35,910 nt of DNA from Intoshia linei. Taxonomy: Eukaryota; Animalia; Orthonectida. Shown piece after piece: positions 35,339 to 35,910 of this stretch (position 1 is its first letter; each line of letters starts with the position of its first letter). Under the pieces are notes generated by a model. The model saw only the letters and a list, made by a program, of their open reading frames with translations, was not told where the DNA came from and made no database searches. The position numbers and the translations under genes are program-made. The stretch is taken from contig LWCA01000259.1 in NCBI GenBank assembly GCA_001642005.1, forward strand, positions 1 to 35,910. The letters are read 5' to 3'.

Positions 35339-35639
35339 GTTTGTATACCAAATGATATATTTTAAAAATTTTTAAATAGAATCTAAAAATGGGTAGTGTC
35401 TTTCGAGGTCTCCTGGATTATAATAATAAAATTTTCATATATATCAGTGTTACCTAAATTGCGATCCATATACAATGTCCACTGGATACATGGCTGTCCG
35501 TAGAAGACCCTTAGTAATTTACAACCACCTGATCCGAAACTACCATAGCATTGACTCTTTCTAGGAGAGTCCACAAAATGTAAGTAAAATTGTAACTTCA
35601 TTTTTCCAAATTGAAAATTTTATAAATTATATATGAAAA

Positions 35640-35910
35640 CTAGGTTGACTGTTATGTACTACGTACAAACAGCACCTAACTCTGCTGAAGGCACATTTTT
35701 ATTCTACCAAAAAAAATAAATTCACGTTGAAAATCTAACTTAAAAATCCTACTATTCGCTATTATCACCTTTAAACAAGTTTAATTATTACACATTTTTT
35801 GTTTTAATAAAATATTTCGGAAAAAAATATATATGAATACTAAAATGCTNNNNNNNNNNNNNNNNACTGTACCACCTGTAAATTTTTTTAAATTCTAGGG
35901 CTGTTTTCAT
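35640..35910 (-). mobile_element. Helitron-like element: family D body plus hairpin-CTAG 3' end, spanning the assembly gap
   Basis: 35780-35910 is the reverse complement of family D (32390-32560). 35640-35774 matches 28718-28906, with hairpin CTGTTTGTAC..GTACATAACAG then CTAG|T. Confidence 0.7.
35850..35865. other. Assembly gap (16 N)
   Basis: Run of N in the sequence. Confidence 1.

Overview
This window is eukaryotic (animal-like) DNA, extremely AT-rich, with many 30-45 nt GT-AG introns and larger introns filled with transposon debris. It is not prokaryotic, and most short ORFs in the track are exon pieces or spurious. Genes read from the sequence: (1) a multi-exon rotatin (RTTN/Ana3)-like gene on + whose 5' end is unresolved and whose stop is at 13104; (2) a complete 24-exon FHOD-family formin on - (23612 to 13164), tail-to-tail with rotatin; (3) EFCAB1/calaxin-like exons on -; (4) one intact alpha-arrestin gene plus two decayed paralog fragments; (5) a few orphan ORFs or exons. 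Mobile DNA includes hAT (Buster/SPIN-type) transposase remnants and MITEs, TTAA piggyBac-type MITEs, a TA-flanked Tc1/pogo MITE, and Helitron-like elements and minisatellites. The most notable element is 1.1 kb long (33687-34809) with CACAG termini, about 115-bp TIRs, a 4-bp TSD and remnants of a RAG1-core-related (Chapaev/Transib-type) transposase. Composition, intron size and protein divergence suggest a reduced parasitic invertebrate such as an orthonectid; this is inference only. All homology calls are by eye from remembered family motifs, and no searches were run.
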